Positions 19,237 to 28,234 of a stretch of DNA of 64,000 nucleotides are shown one piece after another. A program made the position numbers and the translations under genes. Source of the stretch: an uncultured Chloroflexia bacterium. GTDB lineage: Bacteria; Chloroflexota; Chloroflexia; Thermomicrobiales; Thermomicrobiaceae. The notes beneath the pieces were generated by a model. It did not search any database, was not told where the DNA came from, and saw only the letters and a list, made by a program, of their open reading frames with translations. The first letter of the stretch is position 1; each line of letters starts with the position of its first letter. The stretch lies in the NCBI GenBank assembly GCA_963815715.1, contig CAWFHU010000015.1, forward strand, positions 111,933 through 175,932. Reading direction: 5' to 3'.

Positions 19237-20188
19237 ATGGGGGAATCGAAGCGACGTTTCGTGGGAGCAATTCTCGTTGCTGCGCTAATGGTTGCGTTAT
19301 TGACAGCTTGCGGTGGAGGCGCCTCAAAGAGCGATAAATCATCAGGGCTTACCGGTAGCGCGGCTCCGAATTCGTCTCTAGCTCAGCAGTCGACCAGCTC
19401 GGATGGTCAGAGTTTGGCCGTCGCGACGTCCGCGTCCGCGTCTTCGGGCGGCGCAGCGGCGACCACGACGAGTAGCTGGGACCGCAAGATCATCCGCAAC
19501 GCGGATCTCACGCTGCAGGTCAATGATGTCGAGTCATTCCTTAACTCCGTGCGCTCTATGGTCGACGGTGTGGGCGGCATCGTGTTCGCGTCCTCGACGT
19601 CATACAGCGGCGACATACAGACCGCGACCATGACGCTCGACGTGCCCTCAGATCAGTTCGACCTGGTGGTCTCGAACCTCCGCTCGCAGGCAGGGGTGAA
19701 AAAGGTCGTCACTGAGTCGATCAGCAGCCAGGACGTTACTGATGACTACGTCGACTTGCAGTCCCAACTTACGAATTTGAAGGCGACTGAGGCACGTCTC
19801 ATGGTCCTGATGGACAAGGCCACCGACCTTCAAGACATCCTCACCGTTCAGGACGAGCTATCGAAGGTCGAGGGGCAGATCGAACAGACGACCGGACGCA
19901 TCAACTATCTCGATAAGAAGACGAGCTTCTCACGCATCACGTTGACGTTGAGCCCAGTTGGAGTGGCGGTTGAAACGAAGACTACAGGAGGACTTGATCT
20001 CGGCAAAGCGGTTCACGATGCCTGGAAAGCGTCGCTTGGACTTCACCGGCGGCATACTGACCGCTCTGGTCAAGGTGGGCGTCTTCCTGTGGTGGTTCTG
20101 GCCGCTGGCGGTGATCGGCGCCGCCGTGGCGATGGTTCGTCGCCAACGTCGTCGTACGGTGACGTCAACGATCGAGACAGGCGCGTAA
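19237..20188 (+). pseudogene. DUF4349 domain-containing lipoprotein, frameshifted at 20038
   Basis: Lipobox LLTAC, and a DUF4349-like core (IIRNADLTLQVNDVE...LQSQLTNLKATEARLMVLM...LSKVEGQIEQTTGRINYL). The expected C-terminal TM segment (FTGGILTALVKVGVFLWWFWPLAVIGAAVAM) is in ORF 19958..20188. Skipping g20038 joins them. Confidence 0.75.
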
Positions 20189-20240
20189 TCGACGGGATCG
20201 GCCGCCGGTCAATCAGAGACCGGCGGCCGTGTTCCTCGAA

Positions 20241-21455
20241 CTAGCTTCCCAGGAATGAGAGCGCGGCCAGAGCGTACGCCTTGGTTGCATCCATGACTTC
20301 ATCGACACCAACCCATTCGTCAGGCTGGTGCGCCAGAGCCGGGTCGCCGGGGCCGTAGATGATGGTCGGGACGCCGAGTTCGGCGAAGTGGCGACCATCA
20401 GTTCCCATGCTGAACCCGGCCAGCTTCGTGTCGAAACCAAGCAGCTCGTTCGCCCGTAGCATCCCTTGCACGATCTCGCTGTCAGGCTCATTGAGGATTG
20501 CTTCTCGCCCACCAAAGGCTGCGAATCCGACTTCGACTCGCGTTCCGGGAAGGTCCTTGACGGCGCGTTCGGCTACTTCGCGAATCTCGGTCGACCACGT
20601 CTTCCGGCTTCTCGCCCGGGATGATGCGCCGATCGACGAAGATCGTGCATTGGTCCGGCACGACGTTTGTCTTTACGCCACCCTCGATGATGCTGATGGT
20701 CGCCGACGAATGGTGGAAATAGGGATGAGTTCGCTTCTCCAGAATTGGCCACAGCTCGGTCTGCAACGCGGTGATGACCCGAGCCATGCCCTCGATGGCG
20801 TTCACGCCTTCCCAGGGAAGCGCTCCGTGCGCCGCTCGACCATGTACCGTGACGCGAGTCCCCGCCCCGCCTTTCTCGCCGATGCAGATGCGGTTGAAGG
20901 TTTGCTCGCCGACGATGACGAAGTCGGGTTTGATCGTCTCCGACTTAGCGATGAGCTGGGCACCCAGCGCGCCGCCAATCTCTTCGTCAGCAACCTCGTT
21001 GACGATGAGACGGCCATTGATCGGTACGCCGGAACGCGCCACGGCAATAGCGCCCATCACTTGCGCGGTAACACTGGCCTTGTCGTCGCCGGCCCCACGG
21101 CCATACACCTTGCCGTCCACCAAATCGGCGGAGAACGGCGGATGGGACCAGGCCGACTCCTGGCCGGTCGGGACGACGTCCAGGTGGGCGTTGAAGAGGA
21201 GCGTCGGTCCGTCGCCGCGCTTGAGCTCGGCGACCATGTTGGGTTTCGATTCCTCCTCGGTGACGAAGCTGACGTCGAAACCCTCGGCGGTCAGCTTGTC
21301 GGCACACACCTTCATCGCGTCGCGCACGTCGCCGGGCGGGTTGACGGATGGGATGCGAACGAGCTGACGAAGGAAGTCGATCACCTCGTCTTCTTTGATC
21401 TGATCGATGATGCGCTGCGCGGCGGCAGAATCCAGTTTCCCGTTTGCCTGAGCCA
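20241..21455 (-). pseudogene. M20 family metallopeptidase (ArgE/DapE/ACY1-like), frameshifted at 20589
   Basis: ORF 20488..21597 carries LFNAHLDVVP, GRGAGDDKAS and NEVADEEIGG. The C-terminal part (..GTDGRHFAELGVPTIIYGPGDPALAHQPDEWV) is in ORF 20241..20471. Skipping one base joins ..EKPEDVVD to EIREVAERAVKDL... Start TTG 21455 with a GGGAGGGG RBS. Confidence 0.8.
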
Positions 21456-21626
21456 AGGTTTCCCCTCCCAATCGCGTTGAACTTGGTGATTCGCTGGGGC
21501 AGTATAGCATGGGTTCCGCGGCGGTCCGCTCGGTCTCAGGACGCCGCTGGGCTATGGTATCCTCGCCAACGGCGCTGTTTTGGCGTGACCAGGGCATCTG
21601 AGATAACGCACAGACAAGGGAGAACG

Positions 21627-22458
21627 TTGAACGCTACGCTCGCTACCGCTTCTGAGCTTGCGTCCGTGCTCGAACGAGTGCGGGCTTTCGCCATCGACAT
21701 GGATGGAGTCCTTTATCGCGGCGACACTGTCTTGCCGCACGTAAATGACTTCCTCGACGTGCTGAACCAGCGCGATTTTCCGTATGTGTTGGCGACCAAC
21801 AACTCGACGCGCCTGCCCGAGCAATATGTACAGAAGCTCGCGGCCATGGGTGTCGAGGTGACGTCTGATCGCATCCAGACGTCGGGGCAGGCGACCGCGG
21901 CGTACCTGAAAGATCGCTATCCCAGCGGAACGACTGTGTATGTCCTGGGTATGACTGCGCTGGAAACCGCTATCTATGGCGATGGTTATTTCGTACAGGC
22001 GGGCAAGGACGCGCAGGTTGTGGTCTGCGGAGCGGACTTCGCTGTGACCTACGAGAAGCTCCGCATCGCGACACTGGCGATTCGACGAGGGCGCCGCGTT
22101 CGTCGCCACCAATGGTGACACGACCTTTCCGACTGAAGAAGGACTGATACCCGGCGCAGGCGCCATCCTGGCGGCGATCGTCGCGGCCACCAGCGTCGAA
22201 CCCGACGTCGTGGGCAAACCTTCTACCGGCATGCTGCTGCAAGGTGCGGCGTTGTTGGGCTCCGAGCCGTCCAACACCGTAATGTTGGGGGACCGTCTGG
22301 ATACGGACATTCTGGCTGGTCAACGCGCGAACTTCATCACCATCATGGTGCTCACCGGCGTCTCGACGATGAAGGAAGTGCAGTCCTCTGACATCCAGCC
22401 CGACGTGCTGCTGTCGGATCTCGCGCCGTTGGTTGAGTATTATCGGTCCAATTCATGA
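21627..22458 (+). pseudogene. HAD-IIA family hydrolase (NagD-like), frameshifted at 22092
   Basis: ORF 21444..22118 carries FAIDMDGVLYRG and LATNNST. ORF 22210..22458 carries VVGKPS..MLGDRLDTDILAG. Skipping c22092 reads ..[31 protein letters not shown]... Start TTG 21627 with an AAGGGAGA RBS. Confidence 0.8.
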
Positions 22459-23267
22459 AGCAATTCGGCAATTACGATATCGAGGACCCGAATAAGATCC
22501 AGGGCCGAGATGAGGTCGACGCGAACGATCGAAGTCTGGCGGGCCTGCGGTTGCGCGATGCTCTCGAGGCGCTGGGGGACACCTATGGTCGCGTTCTTCT
22601 GCTGGGCTGTGGAGCGGGCCGATACTTGCGTGCCATGAGCCGAGCGCGCCAGGACCTCGAGATTCTTGGTGGCGATTTAAGCCTGAACGCGCTTCACGAG
22701 GCGCAGGAGATGGATCCGTCCGCCGACTACGTGGCATTGGATGCCGCCCGTCTTCCGTACCTCGATGAGACCTTCGCAGCTGTCCTCTTTTTCGACCTTA
22801 TGGAGCACGTGCCGGACTATGAGGGGCTGATAAAGGAAGCCTACCGGACGTTGCACGGCGGCGGCATTCTGCACTTCTTCGTGCCGTTGGAGTCGCAACC
22901 CGGAAGCATCTATCACGCGTTGAGACACTCACAACGTCTCCCTATCCATCGGTGGAAGCGAGACCACGTCGGACATGTCAACAGCTTCACCTCCGAGGAC
23001 GTGATCCGCACCATCTGGGACGCAGGGTTCACGGTCGAGTCAGTTCACTTCGGTTTCCATCCTACCGGCCAAATCCATGACGTCGTAGATTACTGGCGAC
23101 GGGATCGCGCGGCGGGATCTAACGGCGTCCTCCCACAAGTTGCGGTCAATGCCATCACGCGCGGTGTCTTCCTCGTCACGTGGCGGCTGCAGTATCTTGA
23201 GGATCGGCTCTACTCCGGCCCTGCGTTCGCCTCTGGACTGCACTTGACGGCGCGAAAACCCAAATAG
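22455..23267 (+). CDS. class I SAM-dependent methyltransferase
   Basis: 270 aa. Motif I VLLLGCGAGRYL and post-I/II regions (LDAARLPYLDETFAAVLFFDLMEHV). ATGA overlap with the upstream stop. Confidence 0.75.
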   Translation: MKQFGNYDIEDPNKIQGRDEVDANDRSLAGLRLRDALEALGDTYGRVLLLGCGAGRYLRAMSRARQDLEILGGDLSLNALHEAQEMDPSADYVALDAARLPYLDETFAAVLFFDLMEHVPDYEGLIKEAYRTLHGGGILHFFVPLESQPGSIYHALRHSQRLPIHRWKRDHVGHVNSFTSEDVIRTIWDAGFTVESVHFGFHPTGQIHDVVDYWRRDRAAGSNGVLPQVAVNAITRGVFLVTWRLQYLEDRLYSGPAFASGLHLTARKPK

Positions 23268-23354
23268 CCTGGCCGCCTCCTAAGCACAGCCCCTTGTCCA
23301 ATCGCGCGTCAGCGTCGATGATCGACCCACAACGGTCAGACGCCACAGGAAGGG

Positions 23355-24341
23355 ATGATGAGAATGTCGGCTGACGATTTGCGATCGATACCGATCATCG
23401 ATGGACACACGGATTACCTTCTCTCGCTGAGCAGCACCGGTCGAAGTTTCCTCGAGGAGTCCACCGAAGGACACGTCGACCTCCCACGAGCGCGCAAGGG
23501 AAATATCGGCGCGATGATCAGCGCCGTCTTCATTCGTAACGAATTCCTGCCCGCCCACGCGCTGATTCAGACATTGCTGGCGGTCGATTTGCTCAAACGC
23601 ACAATCGACAAGTCCGACGGGCAAATGGAGCTGATCACGTCGCACGATCAACTCGTACGATGCCTCAACGACCGTGTTTTTGGGGCCATCCTGCACTACG
23701 AAGGCGCCGAGGCGATCGACCCAGATTTTGCGGTGTTGCGACTTTCGTACGAGCTCGGACTACGCTCGCTGGGGCTCGTCTGGAGTCGTCCGACGATCTT
23801 CGCAGAGGGTGTCGGGCCAGAGAATCGGGGCAAGGGACTAACCGGGCTCGGACGCGAGCTCGTGCGGAACTGTAACGAGATGGGCATATTGCTCGACGTC
23901 TCGCACCTGAATGAACCCGGCTTCTGGGACCTCATTGAAGCCAGCGAGAAGCCGTTTGTGGCCAGCCACTCCAATGCACGGGCGGTTTGCGATCACGAGC
24001 GCAATCTGACTGACCGCCAGATCAAGGCACTGGCTGAAAAGGGCGGCCTGATGGGCATCAATTACGCGACAGGGTTCCTGGTCAAAGGCGCTCAGCGGAG
24101 CTCAGACGTGCCGTTGAGTGTGCTGGTGGATCACATCGACCATATCGTGAACCTGGTGGGCATCGACTACGTCGCCCTTGGATCGGACTATGACGGCGCG
24201 GGAGTGCCCGAATCGCTTAAGGATGCCGCCCACGACTGGGCCATCGTCGAGGAGCTCGATCGTCGTGGCTATGATCGCGACTCGATCGCCAAGATCTGTC
24301 GTGACAACTGGCTGCGCGTGTTGAAAGAAGTTTGGGTGTAG
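23355..24341 (+). CDS. membrane dipeptidase (peptidase M19)
   Basis: 328 aa. IPIIDGHTDYL, LLDVSHLNEPGFWD, VASHSNARAV, ALGSDYDG. Confidence 0.8.
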   Translation: MMRMSADDLRSIPIIDGHTDYLLSLSSTGRSFLEESTEGHVDLPRARKGNIGAMISAVFIRNEFLPAHALIQTLLAVDLLKRTIDKSDGQMELITSHDQLVRCLNDRVFGAILHYEGAEAIDPDFAVLRLSYELGLRSLGLVWSRPTIFAEGVGPENRGKGLTGLGRELVRNCNEMGILLDVSHLNEPGFWDLIEASEKPFVASHSNARAVCDHERNLTDRQIKALAEKGGLMGINYATGFLVKGAQRSSDVPLSVLVDHIDHIVNLVGIDYVALGSDYDGAGVPESLKDAAHDWAIVEELDRRGYDRDSIAKICRDNWLRVLKEVWV

Positions 24342-24360
24342 AGGCTGCGGCCCGGGAACG

Positions 24361-24477
24361 GCCCTCACCCCCGGCCCCTCTCCCGATCGATCGGGAGAAG
24401 GGAGAACCTTCGCTCGAAGTTGGGAGAACGCGTCTGCCGCCTCGCAGCGTGGGACGAGGGCTACCGGGGATGAGGGC
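24361..24477. repeat. nested inverted-repeat element in the convergent gap between the dipeptidase gene and thrS
   Basis: Outer arms GCCCTCACCCCCGG (24361-24374) and CCGGGGATGAGGGC (24464-24477) match 13/14 as an inverted repeat. Inner perfect 20-nt palindrome TCTCCCGATCGATCGGGAGA (24379-24398). Confidence 0.6.
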
Positions 24478-24488
24478 TTCCTTGCCGC

Positions 24489-26284
24489 CTACGCCTGCAA
24501 CTCCATCGACTTGCTCTCGCTGACCTTGGTCACCATCGAGATGAAGTCGTCGAACGGCACCGCGCCGAGATTTTCGTTGCTGCGTCAGACGGACCGCGAC
24601 CGCGTGGTTCTCGGCCTCTTTGTCGCCGACGACCAGCATGTAGGGAACGTGCTGCATCTGCGCGCGGCGGATCTTGGCCTGCATCCGGTCGCTCGCCTGC
24701 GTCGACCTCGACCCGAATTCCGGCGCCTTCGAGCTCTTTGCGAACCTGCTCAGCGTACTCGTTGTGCCGATCGGCGATCGGGATGATCGTAGCCTGCACA
24801 GGGGCCAGCCAGACCGGAAAGACGCCCGCGAAGTGCTCGATGAGCACGCCGAGGAAGCGCTCCGTCGAGCCAGTCACCGCGCGGTGAATGACGACGGGCG
24901 TGTGCGGCTGTCCGTCTTCGCCAACATACTCACATCCCAGCCGGGCGGGCTGGATGAAATCGACCTGGATCGTCGAGAGCTGCCATTCGCGGCCGAGAGC
25001 ATCTCTGGCCATGAAGTCAGCTTTCGGTCCGTAGAAGGCAGCCTCGCCCTCCACGGCGTCGTAGGCGACACCCTCCGCGTCCAGTGCGCCGCGTAGTGCG
25101 GCCACGGCCTTGGACCATTTTTCGGCGTCGCGAACGTATTTCCCCTCAGATCCCGGAAGCGAGAGCTGCACCCGGTAGTCCGTCATACCGTACGTCGTAA
25201 GAACTTCGCGGATGAGCCCCAGGCAGCGGCTGAACTCCTCCTGGATCTGCTCTTCCATGCAGAAGACGTGACAGTCATCCTGCGTCAGCGCTCGAACGCG
25301 TGTCAGTCCTGAGAGGGCGCCACTGATCTCGTAGCGATACAGCGTCGCAATCTCGGCGAAGCGCATCGGCAGGTCGCGGTAGGAGTGAATCCCCATCTCG
25401 TTATAGAGCGTCATGTGAGAAGGGCAATTCATCGGCTTGAGGCGATAGACCATCTCTCCGTCGACCATGGGCGGGAACATCACGTCGGAGTAGTTGTCGT
25501 AATGCCCAGACTTGCGATAGAGATCTTCGCGAACGAGGTGGCCCGTCCAGACGTGCTGATAGCCGTAGCGCGTCTCCGTCTCGCGGACGTATTCCTCCAT
25601 GAGGTGACGCAGCATTTCCCCCTTGGGCGTGAAGAGGGGTATGCCAGGTCCGACGCCCTCCGCGAAGACAAATAGGCCGAGCTCTCGACCCAGCTTGCGA
25701 TGGTCTCGCCGACGTGCCTCTTCCTGCTGCTCGAGATACGCGTCGAGCGCGTCACGCGACGGCCAGGATGTTCCGTAGATACGCTGCAGCATGGGTCGCT
25801 TCTCGTCGCCGCGCCAGTATGCCCCGGCCACGTGCATCAGCTTGACTTCGCCGATTTGCGAGGAGTTGTCGACGTGCGGACCACGACAGAGATCCGTGAA
25901 CGTGTCCTGCGTGTAGCGTGAGATGACCGAGTCTTCAGGCAGATCGTTGATCAGTTCGACCTTGTACGGCTGATCGGCGAAGTAGGCGAGCGCATCCTCA
26001 CGCGAGATCTCGTCTCGCTTGAACGGGAACGCCCCCTGCTTGATGCGCGCCATGCGGCCTTCAATCTCCTCGAGGTCTTCGGGTGTCAGTGAACGAGGAA
26101 GATCGAAGTCGTAGTAGAAACCGTTCTCGATCGCGGGTCCGATGGCCAATTTGGCGTCCGGAAACATTTCCAGTACCGCCTCGGCCATGACGTGCGCGGC
26201 CGAGTGCCTCATCGTGGCGAGCTCGAGCTCTTCTTGATCGTCGACGGCGAGCTGAATGTCCGTTTCCTCAGATACCTGTGACAT
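24489..26284 (-). pseudogene. thrS: threonine--tRNA ligase, two frame disruptions near the 3' end (24688 and the 24571-24574 run)
   Basis: ORF 24530..26302 holds the editing and class II catalytic domains. The anticodon-binding end continues in ORF 24217..24684 (MQAKIRRAQMQHVPYMLVVGDKEAENHAVAVR) and then in a third frame (NLGAVPFDDFISMVTKVSESKSMELQA, stop 24489-24491). Start ATG 26284 with a GGAGAAG RBS. Confidence 0.9.
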
Positions 26285-26390
26285 GGTTCTTCTCCATTCC
26301 AATTGAAAATGACGAGTTCACAGCTTCAGCCGTCCCCCGAAGTGAGAGACGGCGCAGGTAGTGTTGATCATGTCGACGCCTCCCTTCGAG

Positions 26391-26640
26391 AGCAAAACAA
26401 AAACCCACCGCCCAGAGGGACGGCAGGCTGGCCTGTCGTGGTTCCACCCAATTTCCGAGGTGAACAATGTCACCACGCTCAATTGTGCTCTGTAACGGGA
26501 GCTCCCGGGCGCGACTACTGGCTTTCGCGTTCGTCTGCCTGCTCGCGGGGGGTCTTCTCCGGATCGCGGTCGAGTGAGGCTTTCAGCCGGTGGCCTCACA
26601 TCTCTAACGACTCGACTCGGATACTCGTCCCGGTCAACGC
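26391..26640 (-). promoter_or_regulatory. T-box riboswitch leader of thrS
   Basis: On the minus strand: AGTA and AGAGA boxes in a Stem-I-like region. T-box sequence AAATTGGGTGGAACCACG (26454-26437) matches AATTAGGGTGGTACCGCG at 14/18. It is followed by a GC-rich helix and GGGTTTTTGTTTTG. An ACC triplet occurs in ..GGAGAAGACCCC.. (26553-26551). Confidence 0.75.
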
Positions 26641-26661
26641 AGTAGTGTGGTTATGTGTGGA

Positions 26662-26690
26662 ATCTTAGGGCTCGACGAGGCTGACGTCAA
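26662..26690 (-). promoter_or_regulatory. candidate promoter of the thrS T-box leader
   Basis: Minus strand TTGACG (26690-26685), 17 nt, TAAGAT (26667-26662), about 20 nt upstream of the Stem I start. Confidence 0.5.
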
Positions 26691-26759
26691 CCGTGCCGAG
26701 TTCAAACGTTGCTCTCGTAGACAGCTGCATGTCGACGACAGCCGCCAATTCTTGGACGT

Positions 26760-27843
26760 CTACACGTCGAATTGGTGCCGTAGAACTCTCAGCCAGTTGC
26801 CATACGTAATGCGCTCGACGTCCGCATCGACGTAGCCACGACGACCCAGCGCATCGGCCAGCAGCGGCAGATCGGCGATGGTATCGAGCTCCTTCGGGAC
26901 GCATTCCGCACCCTGACCACCGTCGAAATCGGTTCCGAGGCCGATATGTTCGGCGTCTCCCGCAATGTCGCAGACGACATCGATCGCGTCGACCACAGCG
27001 TCGAGCGTGACGGTCGATTTGTCGGTGCCACGCTCCCATGTCCGATCGAGCGCCCAATTCAGCGGCAGCACGCCAATGATGCCGTCACGCTCCACGACGC
27101 CGCGAATGACCTCGTCCGACAGTAGACGAGCATAATCGACCGTGCGCCGCGAATGGGCGTGCGTCGCGACGACCTGGCCTTCATAGGATGCCAGCGCTTC
27201 GAGACATGCGGCTTCTGACATGTGGGTCAGATCGAGCGTGAATCTATGCTCGCCCATGCGCTTCAGCAGATTGCGACCAAGCGTCGTCAGTTGCCCACCG
27301 CTCTTCGTGTCTCCGGTGAATCGATTGGCATGCCAGGCGGGGCCGATCATGCGGACTCCCTGGTGCAACCAGAACTCGAGCTCGCGCAGGATCTCGGATC
27401 GGGTCAGCGTTCTCCATGAGGAGCACAAACCCGACCCGGCGTTCGGCAAGCGGCAAGGTGTCGTCGAGCCAATCCGACACAATCGAATCGAGTGTTTCAC
27501 GATCACGCACGATTTCGATCTGCGGATGGGTCGATTCCCAACGCCGGTAGAGATCGAGGTGTGCCAGCGCCTGCTGACGCGCACCTTCGATGGTCGGATA
27601 ACTGAGCTCGCCTGGGTTCGCATGAGAGCGGGGGATGGTCGCGATCGTGGCAACGACGATGCCGACGTGGCCGTCGAGCCAATCCTGCAGTCCGAGCATG
27701 CAGATGCCGTTGGGATTCTCGAAATCGGCCTGCCGTTCGATCTCGCGGATGGCATGGGCAGACGTAAGGTAGTCGCGTCCCTCTGGAAGAGCGTTCATGG
27801 AGATGTCTTCGTGTCCGTCGATGATGAGCTTTGGTCGCGACAT
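26760..27843 (-). pseudogene. membrane dipeptidase (peptidase M19) paralog, frameshifted at 27396
   Basis: ORF 27244..27885 (KLIIDGHEDIS..) and ORF 26760..27755 (..RMIGPAWHANRF, THMSEAA, ATHAHSR, GLGTDFDGG) are one protein. Skipping one base joins ..LMENADPI to EILRELEFWLHQG... Start ATG 27843. Confidence 0.8.
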
Positions 27844-27933
27844 CAGGTCCAACTCTGCTGCATGACAAAGCGTCGACAGGTACAAAAAACCGCCGGTGTG
27901 TGACCGACGGTGCGCGGTAATTCGTCGTCCGGG

Positions 27934-28007
27934 TGGGCGGTACTAGACTCGAACTAGTGACCTCCACGATGTCAACGTGGCGCTCTAACCAACTGAGCTA
28001 ACCGCCC
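27934..28007 (-). tRNA. tRNA-Val (anticodon GAC)
   Basis: Cloverleaf read by hand. Acceptor GGGCGGT/ACCGCCC, D arm GCTC/GAGC, anticodon stem CCACG/CGTGG with loop TTGACAT, T arm ACTAG/CTAGT with loop TTCGAGT, discriminator A. CCA is not encoded. Confidence 0.9.
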
Positions 28008-28023
28008 GGAAATTGACGAGCGG

Positions 28024-28052
28024 AGTATAGCATAGCGTTGAATCGGCATCAA
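28024..28052 (-). promoter_or_regulatory. candidate promoter of tRNA-Val
   Basis: Minus strand TTGATG (28052-28047), 17 nt, TGcTATACT (TATACT at 28029-28024), ending 16 nt upstream of the mature tRNA 5' end. Confidence 0.5.
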
Positions 28053-28234
28053 TCGCGAGACCTGAATTGATCGTCGAACCAAGCGCCGGAAACAGAGAGC
28101 GTGCTTGCTCGCGCGCGTAATGGTCGACGCCGTGCACGATCGTCCACGTGCTTTGTCAGAATCGCCGCTGCGTGAGGGCCGCGGCAATCAACTGACGACG
28201 CCGAGCGCCCAGCGCTCGACGTCGTCCTGACAAA

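Noticed and set aside
27972-28187. 71-aa ORF overlapping tRNA-Val
   Set aside because: It overlaps the tRNA and its promoter on the same strand and has an Arg/Ser-rich composition. It is an artefact of an open frame.
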